A DNA stretch of 64,000 nt from positions 1-64,000 of the IMG/VR virus record IMGVR_UViG_3300046804_000544; one strand, 5' to 3'. Below the pieces are notes generated by a model. That model had not been told where the DNA came from. It did not search any database and saw nothing but the letters and a program-made list of their open reading frames with translations. Shown piece by piece: positions 48,154 through 58,158 of this stretch; within the stretch, counting starts at the first letter, position 1, and the number at the start of each line of letters is the position of its first letter. The translations under genes were made by a program, and so were the position numbers. The stretch is from a virus.

Positions 48154-51100
48154 TTAGCCAAATATCAGAGCAAACACGTCAGTAATATCTCCCATTAGAT
48201 CAGCACTAACACCACTAGCGGTTCCAATCGCACTAACCCAGTTAGTGCCGTCGTATACTTCCAATCTTGCTAGGTCTGTGTTCCAACGATGCATGCCTAA
48301 TTCTGCCGCGGCTCCTGTAGGCTGTTGTGCCGTTGTACCCGAAGGAATAGCAACTGCTCCTTGACCCATAAAGCGTACATAACCAGTGCCTGTACTGGTA
48401 ATAGTTCTTGCACCAGAGCTATTTGTATCGGTCATTCTGTTTGATCTAACTGCTAGATCTTTTAAATTAACACTACCTGTTCCATTTGGATCAAACGTTA
48501 GATCGGCATTAGAATTAACTGTTGCTATTTCTCTTAAACTTAATCGAATATCGTCTACAACTACAGGGCTTGTAGTTACTTGGCTGCTGTTAATAGTAAC
48601 TTTTTGTGTACCATTAATGTACATTCTAATAGTACCATCACTTGCTCCTATGGTGTTTTCTGGAGTAATTGTAGTATTTTGATCAATGTCACTTAGGCCG
48701 TAAAGATTGCGTAAATTTGTACCATTAGTTACGTTTACAGGCTGACCAATACCAAAATACGCAACACTTACTATGTCGTTGGTTAATGCCCAAGTATTGC
48801 TAGGTATTCCCACTTTACTGTTATATGTAACAGTATAAATGTAGCCAGTTCCAACATTAAATGCGCCTGTAACATCGTACACAGCATAATCAGTTAAATT
48901 GCTATACTGTCCTTTAAATAACACAATCTTAAAACCTGTTGTAATAAGAGAAAGGAAAGACGATGAGTTTTGACCAGAATATGTAATGTTATGAAATTCT
49001 AACTGTGACACACTAGATACTGTAGATGTATCTGGAGACCATGTGCCAGTTGGATTAGGAGAAGCAGCACTTGACCAGTAGCCTATTGTTGCTGCGTTTC
49101 CTCCAGGTAACAGTCCTTCAAACTGATTCGTGCTGTTATTGAATCGAACTTCACCTGTATTCAATAAACGTGTGGCATTAGATCCCAAAGGAAGAACCGC
49201 AGCATTAGTACCTGTTATTCTAGTTTGATTATTAAACTGTATATCTGTATTTGTAGTTTTTGGGGTTACAGTAGCGGAATTTACTCGTAAGGTTTCTAAT
49301 TCTACTGCGCCTGTACCGTTGGCACGTAGTTCTAAGTTGGCGTTTGATATTGTAGTACGGATATAATTGTCATTAATTTCAATACCGTCAACAACCGCAC
49401 GTCCTATGTAAATGTCGTTCCATTGTAGTGTACTTGAACCTAAATCATATGTATGATTAGCGGCAGGTATTAAGTTACTGTTTACACGACCAACAAAGTT
49501 TACTGTGTCAACTACTGTGTCACCTAAAATTAAATTACTGTTAATTTGAGTATTACCTGAAACAAATAGGTTACCAGTAATAACAGTATCTTTGTTTAAT
49601 TTTACCTTGCCTGTGCCATTAGGATTAATTTGTATATCTGTATTTGTGCTGTTAGAAACAATTGTGTTAGATTTAAAATTTAATTGATCTACAACTACTG
49701 ACCCTGTTCCATTAGCACGTAATTCTAAATCGCTGTTTGAAACTGTTGTACGAACATAATTGTCGTTTATTTCTATATTGTCGGTGAGGTATTGTCCAGC
49801 ATAAATGTTGCGCCAGTAATTATACGGTGATTGTATTACAACTTCTGAATAAGTAATTGGGTCTGAAAGTATAACTGGTATGATAACATTTATAATCCAA
49901 TCATATCCAGATGCTGTAAGGGTAGCGTCAAATGTTGGAGTGGCTGCTTTTAGTATGGCTAATCCATCGTTAGCAGTAACATTTCCGTCATTATTAACAT
50001 CACCGTATCGGTAAATACTACCCGGTACTGTAGAATTTAGTAATACTTTTGTTGGAGTATCTACGGTTCCAACAGCTACCGCAAGATCAGCCTGGGCCAA
50101 TGCAGTAAAATCAATATTATATGTCACGCCAACGGGCGATCCTATATCAGCAAAATTATTTGTCGTTGGTATTAAGCTGCCGTTGACTGTTGTCAAATAC
50201 AGTCTATCACCGTTTGTATCTCCGAATGTTGTAAGACTGTTATTTGTAGTACTACCAGAGACTGAAATTCTTCCAGTGACCGCTGTATTTTTTAATAATT
50301 GTATTGTGCCTGTGCCATTAGGGTTAATCTGTAAATCAGTATTGGCAGCAATTGTTGAAATTAAATTTGATTTAAATCCTAACTGGTCAACTGAAACAAC
50401 ACCAGTACCGTTAGCACGCAAATCTAAGTTGGCATTTGATACTGTTGTTCTAATATAGTTGTCGTTAATTTCTAAACTGTCTAGTAATATTTGTCCTAAG
50501 TAAGTGTCATTCCATACTTGAGTAGTACTACCTAGATCATATGTATAACTAGCTGCCGGTGATAAATCGCTGGCAATTTTTCCAACGACATTGATACTGT
50601 CAATTATTTGATCGCCTAATTGTACGTTGCCAGTTACTAGCGTGTTCCCAGACACATCTAGATTGCCTGTAACTACAGTATCTTTTAGTAGTTGTACTTT
50701 TCCAGTTCCGTTGGGATTGATCTGTATATCAGTGTTGGTACTTGTTGAGCTAACAGTGTTAGATTTTAAACCTAATTGATCTATATTAATCAGTCCCGTA
50801 CCATTAGCACGCAGTTCTAAATTGCTATTTGAAACAGTAGTACGAACATAGTTGTCATTGACTTCTATGTTGTCAGTTAAAAACTGCCCGGCATAAACAT
50901 TGCGCCAATAATTAGTAGTAATACCAACGTCATAACTGTTATTGTAAAGAGGTATTAAATTTGAATTAATGGCATTGTTAAAGGTAACACTGTCTGTAAT
51001 TGCATCACCAAATGTCATGGTACCAGTGACATTAAATGCACTAGAAATATCAAGGTTACCGGTAACTGCTGTATTTTTTAATAATTGAACTTTACCTGTG

Positions 51101-54100
51101 CCATTAGGATTGATCTGTATATCTGTATTTGTAGCTGTGCTGGTAATAGCGTTAGATTTAATTCCCAGTTGATCAATAGAGACTACGCCAGTACCATTAG
51201 GACGTAGTTCTAAATTAGAGTTGGATACGGTAGTTCTAACATAGTTGTCATTAAGTTCTATGTTGTCAGTTAATACTTGACCAGCGTAGATATTACGCCA
51301 ATAATTTGTACTTAATCCTAAATCATAACTGTTATTATTTGTAGGAATTAAACTGCTGTTTACAGAAAAATTAAAAGTAACACTGTCACTAAGTGCATCG
51401 CCAAATGTCACTGTTCCAATAACGGCAACAGAACCGCTAACATCTAAATTTCCTGTAACTGCTGTATTTTTTAATAATTGAACTTTACCGGTACCATTAG
51501 GATTGATTTGTAAATCAGTATTGGTAGCAGTTGTACTAATTACATTTGATTTTATTCCTAATTGATCAATAGCTACTATTCCGGTGCCATTTGGTCTTAG
51601 TTCTAAATTACTGTTAGAAGCAGTAGTTCTAATATAATTGTCATTAATTTCTAAACTGTCTAATAGTAATTGTCCGGCATAAACATTCTGCCAGTAATTT
51701 GTAGTTGAACCTATGTCGGCACTGTTGTTAAAAGTAGGAACTAGATTATTTGATAGAGTAGAATTAAAATTAACAACATCTGTTGCGTCACTACCAATTG
51801 TTATTGTTGGAGCTGTTAAATTGCCTGATGTAGATAAGTTAGTGTTTGCTACTGTATTTTTTTGTAGCTGTATTTTGCCAGTACCGTTAGGCGTAATTTG
51901 TAAGTCGCTGTTGGTTGTAATTGTGCTTATAGTATTTGACTTAATACCAATTTGATCAACATTAACTACACCAGTACCGTTGGCACGTAGTTCTAAATTA
52001 CTATTTGAAACTGTAGTTCTAATATAGTTGTCATTAATTTCAATATTGTCTAGTAAGTACTGCCCTGCGTAGATATTATTCCAGTAGTTGGTGCTCGATC
52101 CTATGTCAAATCCATTATTATTTGTAGGAACTAGGCTAGCAGATATTGTAGAATTAATAGTAAATGTATCTGTATTTTGATCACCAATTGTAACTGTACT
52201 GAAGGTTGCACTTTGAGTTACTGCTAAATCTGTTGAGTTTGCTATATTAGCATTTAGATTTAATATTCCAGATACAGGTGTAAAATTAATTGCACCGCTA
52301 ATGCTCAAGATAGATCTATCTTGAATTAAAATATTATTCTGTCTAGTAGACGCAGCATTAATAATAGTGGTATTGCTACCAGAAGTAAATTCAAACCCGG
52401 TTAATCCAGTTACATTAAAACTAGTTGGGCTAAAAGCTATTTTACCGGTATCGCCGTCGACGCTAAAAACGCTACCAACTTCAAACAGTCCCTTGTGATC
52501 TAAATTTTGATAATAAATTTTACCAGTGTTGGCCTGAATAACTTGATTGGCCTGAATGCTAGCAGTCTTATCATTATTAGTATCTTTGCCTACTCCAATG
52601 TAGGCAAAATTATGACCAATCAAATACATTAAGGTACCGGGGCCGTCGGCCCATGCACCGTAGTTTCCATAAACATTAGCCGATGCAATAGATCGAATTT
52701 CTGCACCAAAGTCACTATAGTCAACATTGACTAGATAACTGGCAGTTTGTCCTCCGGGAGCAAAATTAATACGCTGTTGATTAGCAGTTTCTACTGGAAA
52801 AGATTTTGAAGTTTCCCATCCAGTAACTTTACCTGCAATAGTAATATAAGCATAACCGCCTGAATAAGTTATGCTTTGTATTGTAGCTGTGGTATAGGTA
52901 TTGGCCTGACTGACATTTTCTACGCTGATAGTATTACCTGCTACAACGGTGTTAGCACTCATGCCGTATACTTTTAGTCTAGTCTTACCTGCGCTGGCTA
53001 GACCAGTAGTGCCGCTTTGGGCATAAAGCCCTCGGTTGGCATAATAGATAAAACTGTTGAGCCATTCTACTCTGGCTCCGTTTTTCATTATGATACAGTC
53101 AACGCCTGGGGTGATAAATGTTGCACTGTGAAATAACATTGATGCACTTGTGGTAGCTACGTTTGCTACACTGCCATCAATTAAGGCGCCACGGCCAGCG
53201 TCGCCGGTGTTAAATCCTCTAGGATCTGTACCAGACGTTACGCTACCTTGAGTTATCACTGTAACGTTTCTAATGTAAGGGCTGCGTGAAGTTGTATTAA
53301 AATTATTGGCAAAACGGAAAGCATAACCAGTATCTGCTATTGAATTGTAATAAAAATTTCTAATAGTTACATCTTCAATTGTACACTGTCCGTTAACTAA
53401 AAATACGTCTTTGTTTGTAGAACTGGTATCAGGCTGAATTATTACACTGCGCAGACTATGGCCTTTAACAGTTACTCCTGCTGGAACTGTTAACGGTAGC
53501 AGTTCTGTATATGTACCAGGATAGATAAAAACAGTGTCCCCGTTGGTTGCATTAGCTAAGGCACGTTCAATAGTGTCAAAAGGTGCATTTTGATGATTAC
53601 CAACATAGTTGTAACTACCGAGGGTAGCTACATACCAAATTTTTCCCTGTCTTTTAGTAAGATCAACTCCTCCTGCACTAAATCCAGAAGTTGAAATATC
53701 AACACCGTTTAAATTTCTTGTATAAACAGTTCCCCAACGTTTAGTATTTGATCCTAAACTGTAGGTATTATCAATGTTTGGGATTATATCACTAGAAACA
53801 TCAGCACCAAAACTTACATTGTCTGTATCAGCGTTACCAAAAGTTATGCTGCCGTCAAAGGTTACATTGCCAGTAACACGTAAATCACCGTATAGCTCAG
53901 TGTTGGCGTTGAGTTTAATTAATCCAGTGCCCGTAGCATTGATATCAATGTTTTCATTTGACCTTGTGGTAGTGATATAATTGCTGTATAATTTAAGGCC
54001 GTCAGTAGTCAACTGTGGCATTGTTACTGTAGCAGTTGGACCGGTTGGTGTGAATACAATACTACCGTTAGTGTTTTGAATTTGAGTGCCAGTAATGTCT

Positions 54101-54321
54101 AGGGCACTGCTAGAAAATCTAGTAGGAACAATAAGACTGTTGCCAGCTGTTACTCTAGTAGTTCCACTAACTGTTAAGTCTCTAAAAGGTGTTGATGTGT
54201 TGATACCAACATATTTGCTGGCTACATTTAGATATATTTTACTAGTGTCAAACGCTAGGTCTACATTGTTACGCAGGAGATTATTCTCCAGCATTTCACC
54301 TTTTATTTTACCAACTGGCAT
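48154..54321 (-). CDS. Giant tail fibre, paralogue of 42108-48125, with dockerin-like insert
   Basis: 2055 aa; shared MPVGKI.G.MLENNL start, beta-helix, seven repeats and ...LIFG end. Confidence 0.82.
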   Translation of the reverse strand: MPVGKIKGEMLENNLLRNNVDLAFDTSKIYLNVASKYVGINTSTPFRDLTVSGTTRVTAGNSLIVPTRFSSSALDITGTQIQNTNGSIVFTPTGPTATVTMPQLTTDGLKLYSNYITTTRSNENIDINATGTGLIKLNANTELYGDLRVTGNVTFDGSITFGNADTDNVSFGADVSSDIIPNIDNTYSLGSNTKRWGTVYTRNLNGVDISTSGFSAGGVDLTKRQGKIWYVATLGSYNYVGNHQNAPFDTIERALANATNGDTVFIYPGTYTELLPLTVPAGVTVKGHSLRSVIIQPDTSSTNKDVFLVNGQCTIEDVTIRNFYYNSIADTGYAFRFANNFNTTSRSPYIRNVTVITQGSVTSGTDPRGFNTGDAGRGALIDGSVANVATTSASMLFHSATFITPGVDCIIMKNGARVEWLNSFIYYANRGLYAQSGTTGLASAGKTRLKVYGMSANTVVAGNTISVENVSQANTYTTATIQSITYSGGYAYITIAGKVTGWETSKSFPVETANQQRINFAPGGQTASYLVNVDYSDFGAEIRSIASANVYGNYGAWADGPGTLMYLIGHNFAYIGVGKDTNNDKTASIQANQVIQANTGKIYYQNLDHKGLFEVGSVFSVDGDTGKIAFSPTSFNVTGLTGFEFTSGSNTTIINAASTRQNNILIQDRSILSISGAINFTPVSGILNLNANIANSTDLAVTQSATFSTVTIGDQNTDTFTINSTISASLVPTNNNGFDIGSSTNYWNNIYAGQYLLDNIEINDNYIRTTVSNSNLELRANGTGVVNVDQIGIKSNTISTITTNSDLQITPNGTGKIQLQKNTVANTNLSTSGNLTAPTITIGSDATDVVNFNSTLSNNLVPTFNNSADIGSTTNYWQNVYAGQLLLDSLEINDNYIRTTASNSNLELRPNGTGIVAIDQLGIKSNVISTTATNTDLQINPNGTGKVQLLKNTAVTGNLDVSGSVAVIGTVTFGDALSDSVTFNFSVNSSLIPTNNNSYDLGLSTNYWRNIYAGQVLTDNIELNDNYVRTTVSNSNLELRPNGTGVVSIDQLGIKSNAITSTATNTDIQINPNGTGKVQLLKNTAVTGNLDISSAFNVTGTMTFGDAITDSVTFNNAINSNLIPLYNNSYDVGITTNYWRNVYAGQFLTDNIEVNDNYVRTTVSNSNLELRANGTGLINIDQLGLKSNTVSSTSTNTDIQINPNGTGKVQLLKDTVVTGNLDVSGNTLVTGNVQLGDQIIDSINVVGKIASDLSPAASYTYDLGSTTQVWNDTYLGQILLDSLEINDNYIRTTVSNANLDLRANGTGVVSVDQLGFKSNLISTIAANTDLQINPNGTGTIQLLKNTAVTGRISVSGSTTNNSLTTFGDTNGDRLYLTTVNGSLIPTTNNFADIGSPVGVTYNIDFTALAQADLAVAVGTVDTPTKVLLNSTVPGSIYRYGDVNNDGNVTANDGLAILKAATPTFDATLTASGYDWIINVIIPVILSDPITYSEVVIQSPYNYWRNIYAGQYLTDNIEINDNYVRTTVSNSDLELRANGTGSVVVDQLNFKSNTIVSNSTNTDIQINPNGTGKVKLNKDTVITGNLFVSGNTQINSNLILGDTVVDTVNFVGRVNSNLIPAANHTYDLGSSTLQWNDIYIGRAVVDGIEINDNYIRTTISNANLELRANGTGAVELETLRVNSATVTPKTTNTDIQFNNQTRITGTNAAVLPLGSNATRLLNTGEVRFNNSTNQFEGLLPGGNAATIGYWSSAASPNPTGTWSPDTSTVSSVSQLEFHNITYSGQNSSSFLSLITTGFKIVLFKGQYSNLTDYAVYDVTGAFNVGTGYIYTVTYNSKVGIPSNTWALTNDIVSVAYFGIGQPVNVTNGTNLRNLYGLSDIDQNTTITPENTIGASDGTIRMYINGTQKVTINSSQVTTSPVVVDDIRLSLREIATVNSNADLTFDPNGTGSVNLKDLAVRSNRMTDTNSSGARTITSTGTGYVRFMGQGAVAIPSGTTAQQPTGAAAELGMHRWNTDLARLEVYDGTNWVSAIGTASGVSADLMGDITDVFALIFG
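49240..52137 (-). repeat. Intragenic tandem array of about 7 units (~130 aa each), same family as 42850-45366
   Basis: Repeated YDxGxxTNYWxNxYAGQ..DxxExNDNYxRTTxSNxNLELRxNGTG; unit 6 is interrupted. Confidence 0.85.
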
Positions 54322-54341
54322 ATTGTATTGCTCCGATACAA

Positions 54342-54349
54342 TATTTATC
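54342..54349 (-). promoter_or_regulatory. Late promoter motif (GATAAATA)
   Basis: Intergenic, upstream of a GGAG SD and the ATG at 54321. Confidence 0.55.
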
Positions 54350-54357
54350 GGTAACTA

Positions 54358-55056
54358 TTATTGGTCGTATCCTTGGTAAACGTAAACTACTTGTGCGTTA
54401 GGTACAGGAGTTGTAAATGACAAATAAGTTCCTACTAGACGAACTTGGCCTGTACCTGTAGGTGTGCCGCCTGATTTAGTAAACACTGTACCTACTGTGT
54501 TTGCAGCAGCTCCAAAACTGGTAAATGTTGTAGTACCAACAAATGTAATAACATATTGTGTACCGTTATTACCAGAACTTAGGCTAGTTGCTGCAATTTC
54601 TGCGCCTATTCCTGTGGCGCTAGGATTCTGTACAATAGTAAAATTAACAGTTCCGACTTGTGGAACTTGTCCTGCAATAACTACTAAATTTTTTGCTATC
54701 TGTGTAGCATCCCATGTTACACCACTTTGATAAGTCAATGTAAATGGATCCGGACTTAATGGACCAAATATTGTATATGTGGCATTGCCTGTGCCTGCGT
54801 TTTGTAAACTTACTCCGGCTGCTTCTTTAAATCTAAAAGCACGCCAGGCACCACTTTGATAACCTTCAAATTGATTTGTAGTACTGTTGTAACGTATCAT
54901 TCCTGTTACAGGACTACCTGGTTGTTGTGCTGTTGTACCTTTTGGAATCAATAAGTTATTAGTTGTAACCATACTGACTTGGTCGCTAGAATCTAGTTGG
55001 AGACGTTCGTCTGGAAACTGTCTACGATTTAAATGTATAGTTTTTAAAAATCTCAT
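54358..55056 (-). CDS. Tail-fibre-related structural protein
   Basis: 232 aa; IPKGTTAQQP...GMIRYNSTTNQFEGY motif shared with the C-termini of the giant fibres. Confidence 0.7.
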   Translation of the reverse strand: MRFLKTIHLNRRQFPDERLQLDSSDQVSMVTTNNLLIPKGTTAQQPGSPVTGMIRYNSTTNQFEGYQSGAWRAFRFKEAAGVSLQNAGTGNATYTIFGPLSPDPFTLTYQSGVTWDATQIAKNLVVIAGQVPQVGTVNFTIVQNPSATGIGAEIAATSLSSGNNGTQYVITFVGTTTFTSFGAAANTVGTVFTKSGGTPTGTGQVRLVGTYLSFTTPVPNAQVVYVYQGYDQ

Positions 55057-55361
55057 TATACGCTCAATATACTAACTGTTGCTGTTAATCCAGTACTAGA
55101 TCCAACTGCTACCACTGTGTCTCCAGTGGTTAATACTAATTTTTCTGTATCAAAATTAAAAGTGTCTCCTGCTGGCACGCTAACAGCATTAACAATCATA
55201 GTTCCTGTTCCAGCACTGTTACCATTAGCTACTGCATACAGCGTACATGTAAGAGCACCAGCAGTTGTATTGCAAACAATCAAAGAAGTAATGGCACGAT
55301 CACCTGATCCAGTTGCTAGTGTTGTATTTGTTGCCAATATCGCTGTGTTATAAATTGCCAT
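55056..55361 (-). CDS. Small beta-rich fibre-associated protein (copy 3)
   Basis: 101 aa; ITSLIVCNTT...VPAG...EKLVL. Confidence 0.72.
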   Translation of the reverse strand: MAIYNTAILATNTTLATGSGDRAITSLIVCNTTAGALTCTLYAVANGNSAGTGTMIVNAVSVPAGDTFNFDTEKLVLTTGDTVVAVGSSTGLTATVSILSV

Positions 55362-55370
55362 TCTTTTTCC

Positions 55371-56438
55371 TTAAAATAATACGCTAAACAATAACGCTCT
55401 ATTTTTTGCTACTAATTCGTCTGAAGTTAAGCTATTTACAAAATATATTCCGCTCTTTCCAGGTGTTCCGGCTCCAGTACCCGGTGCTTTAGGATATATT
55501 TTACTATAACTGGCTGTGCTAGTAGGATTGCTAGCTTGTTCAATCATTTGTATAATACCTTCAACTTGTATAACGCCTGTTCCATTTGGATCTAAAACTA
55601 AATTAGCATTAGATACATTAGTACTAATTGTATTGTCGTTAATTCTTACGCTATCTACAGTTAACGTAGAAGCAGTAAGTCCGTCATAATTAAATAATCC
55701 TTGTTGAACGCCGTCTACTTTAAAAACTATTCTACTAGGTGCGTTTCCAGCAGATGTATCATAGGTATAAACTGATGTGTCGCCTTCTGCAATATGATTT
55801 TGATTAAACCATATAAATGCTGAATTTACATAATCATATATAGATTGTGTATTTGGTATAGCGTTAGGATCACTGGTTAGTGTAATTGGGCCTGTGCCTA
55901 GATCATAATTTGTATAATTAAAAACATGACGCTCATAATTATTTGTTTGAGCAACGGTTACCCAACCTTGAGAACCGTTACTTAATAAAAACAAATTATT
56001 ATTACCGCTTGTTCTTACAGCACTAGTTTGGATGCCTACTAAAGAACCAGATGTAGTTGAAAAGGTAAATGTACCGTATTTGTTAGTTGCCTGTCCTGTT
56101 GAACTTAATACACTTTCGTCAAATAATATTTGTGCATCACCAGTTAACCAGTTGCCGCCAGCAGCACCTCTAGAAATTGAAATTCCAGATTGCCCTCCTA
56201 GTGAAGCACTTATACCTTGACCGTTTACTGTTCCAACTTCGCCGTAGTTTAAGTAAATGGTGTTGTCTTTAATAGTTACAACGGTAGATTCTACTGTAGT
56301 AGTAGTACCTTTAACATCAAGGTTACCAGTTATGTATACTGTACCTTGAAGGACACCTGTGTCTAACCAAATTTCTCCGTTAGACTTGGTAATTATTTTA
56401 TAGTCGCCGTTGACTACATTGACAACTTTTGTACCCAT
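55371..56438 (-). CDS. Fibre-like structural protein
   Basis: 355 aa; VDSVRINDNTISTNVSNANLVLDPNGTGVI matches the giant-fibre repeat element. Confidence 0.72.
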   Translation of the reverse strand: MGTKVVNVVNGDYKIITKSNGEIWLDTGVLQGTVYITGNLDVKGTTTTVESTVVTIKDNTIYLNYGEVGTVNGQGISASLGGQSGISISRGAAGGNWLTGDAQILFDESVLSSTGQATNKYGTFTFSTTSGSLVGIQTSAVRTSGNNNLFLLSNGSQGWVTVAQTNNYERHVFNYTNYDLGTGPITLTSDPNAIPNTQSIYDYVNSAFIWFNQNHIAEGDTSVYTYDTSAGNAPSRIVFKVDGVQQGLFNYDGLTASTLTVDSVRINDNTISTNVSNANLVLDPNGTGVIQVEGIIQMIEQASNPTSTASYSKIYPKAPGTGAGTPGKSGIYFVNSLTSDELVAKNRALLFSVLF

Positions 56439-56448
56439 TTACTATCTC

Positions 56449-56835
56449 TTAGATTTCTGTTAATTGCATGTAGTTAGAAGAACTATCGTCAACAATAGTC
56501 CACTTATAACGCTTACCGTTAAACCCGTGGGCAGTTCTGTTGTACAATCTTTTGATAAAAACAACTTGTCCTGCACCGTTGAAACCAGGAATGCTCATTT
56601 CATTGTCAGACAATGCCGCTGGTGCTTTGTTTACTAGTGTGCAAATACCTTCTGAGCCAGTACCGTCTCTAGCAGTGTCAATTTTAAATTTAACACTACT
56701 ACGCTGGCGTAGAATAATTGCTACTTGCGATACTGCTACTGAAGGAAGTTTTGCATTAACTGTGATGTTGTTGCCTTCAATGCCTGTGCTACCTTGTGTA
56801 ACACCAAAATATTTTTTATTAACTGGACGTCCCAT
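56449..56835 (-). CDS. Putative virion structural protein downstream of the major capsid gene
   Basis: 128 aa (MGRPVNKKYFG...) with its own late promoter and AAGGAG SD. Confidence 0.7.
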   Translation of the reverse strand: MGRPVNKKYFGVTQGSTGIEGNNITVNAKLPSVAVSQVAIILRQRSSVKFKIDTARDGTGSEGICTLVNKAPAALSDNEMSIPGFNGAGQVVFIKRLYNRTAHGFNGKRYKWTIVDDSSSNYMQLTEI

Positions 56836-56904
56836 TTGTTTTCTCCTTAAATTTGACGTTTTAGGTCTACGCAGAGGGATTCTGCATAAATCATTTAGAC
56901 TAAT

Positions 56905-56912
56905 TATTTATC
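56905..56912 (-). promoter_or_regulatory. Late promoter motif (GATAAATA)
   Basis: Directly after the capsid-gene terminator; about 70-nt leader to the ATG. Confidence 0.6.
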
Positions 56913-56914
56913 CG

Positions 56915-56944
56915 CAAAAGAAAAAGGGCTCCGAAGAGCCCTTT
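56915..56944 (-). terminator. Rho-independent terminator with C(UUCG)G tetraloop after the major capsid gene
   Basis: Minus strand AAAGGGCTC-TTCG-GAGCCCTTT followed by TTCTTTT. Confidence 0.92.
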
Positions 56945-56962
56945 AACCACGGTGAGTTGTGA

Positions 56963-58138
56963 TTACTTGAAGCTTACGCCAGTAATAGATACTGTGCCCA
57001 AGTAGTCAGCAGCGTTACCTAGAGAACTTGCTGCGTTGCTTAGTTCAACATAACCATAACGTGTCATGAATGATACGACTGGTTCGAATGTTGATGGATC
57101 TAGAACAACACCAGAGCTCATTAGAGGAATGTATGGGCAGTAGAATGCTGCTGCATCGCTCTCTGAAGAACCCTTATAACCAACAAGTACTACTGTACCG
57201 TCTGCGCTATATGTGTTAACATAGATCTTCATAGCACTGTTCAATGTACCAACAAACTTAGTGTTTGTAGGTGCTTCGAATGTACCTTCTGTTGTACGTG
57301 CAAATGCACTTGTTGTTGCGCTCTGTAGAATTGTTAGAGCTTCTGGACTTACAACAGCCCAGTTACCAGCGCCACGACGTGTGCGCTGAGCGATTGTGTT
57401 AGCAACACGGTTGATTAGAACAGCAAGAGCTGCGTGCTCGTCACCAACAAATGTAGCTGTACCAGAAACTTGAGTTTGGTCATATGCCTGTGTATTACCG
57501 TTGTTTGTAGCTAGAGTTGTCAAGCTACCGATAATTTCTTGGTCAATTTCTGCTGTGATTTCTTGTGCTAGAGCAGCCATGATTTCTGCTTCAACGTCAA
57601 TACCTTGTTGGGCTTGTGCGTCTTGAGCAGCTTCAAATGTCCAACGAGCTGACAACTTACGTGTCTTAGCTTCGACGGTTTGCTTTAGAATCTGGATGCT
57701 TAAACGCTTACCAGCAGCACCTTCTAGAGTTGCTGTAGAAGTAGCAGTTCTAGCAGATCCGTTGTTTGCAGAATAACCTTCTGCAATCTTGAACGGACTT
57801 AGAGCTTCTTCACCAGCGGTAGCACCATATGTACCACTTACGGTGTCGCTATAACGAACACGTAGCGTATGGATTTGACCAACTGGGCCAGTCATTGGTT
57901 GTACACCGACCAACTCGTTAGCGATAACTGTTGGCATAACACGACGGATTACTGGAAGAATCACGCGGTTTAATGTTGCGACGTTGCCGGCAGAAGTAGC
58001 ACCAGTAGTAGCACTCTCAGCTAGATACTTACGTGTGTTCTCTAGTGTGGATGCCATTACAGTTTTCTTGGTGCCTTGAAGGCCTTCAAGAAGAGCGTCT
58101 TTTGTTTCTGCCCAACGGCTTGTTAGTAGTTCTGACAT
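56963..58138 (-). CDS. gp23: Major capsid protein (T4 gp23-like)
   Basis: ILPVIRRVMP, VGVQPMTGPVGQI, VEAKTRKLSARWT, FYCPYIPL, FMTRYG. Confidence 0.97.
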   Translation of the reverse strand: MSELLTSRWAETKDALLEGLQGTKKTVMASTLENTRKYLAESATTGATSAGNVATLNRVILPVIRRVMPTVIANELVGVQPMTGPVGQIHTLRVRYSDTVSGTYGATAGEEALSPFKIAEGYSANNGSARTATSTATLEGAAGKRLSIQILKQTVEAKTRKLSARWTFEAAQDAQAQQGIDVEAEIMAALAQEITAEIDQEIIGSLTTLATNNGNTQAYDQTQVSGTATFVGDEHAALAVLINRVANTIAQRTRRGAGNWAVVSPEALTILQSATTSAFARTTEGTFEAPTNTKFVGTLNSAMKIYVNTYSADGTVVLVGYKGSSESDAAAFYCPYIPLMSSGVVLDPSTFEPVVSFMTRYGYVELSNAASSLGNAADYLGTVSITGVSFK

Positions 58139-58158
58139 TATTTTTCTCCTGATTAATG

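Noticed and set aside
42850-52137. Regularly spaced repeats as a CRISPR array or non-coding repeat
   Set aside because: Period is 381-393 nt, in frame within ORFs and degenerate at synonymous sites, so these are protein repeats.
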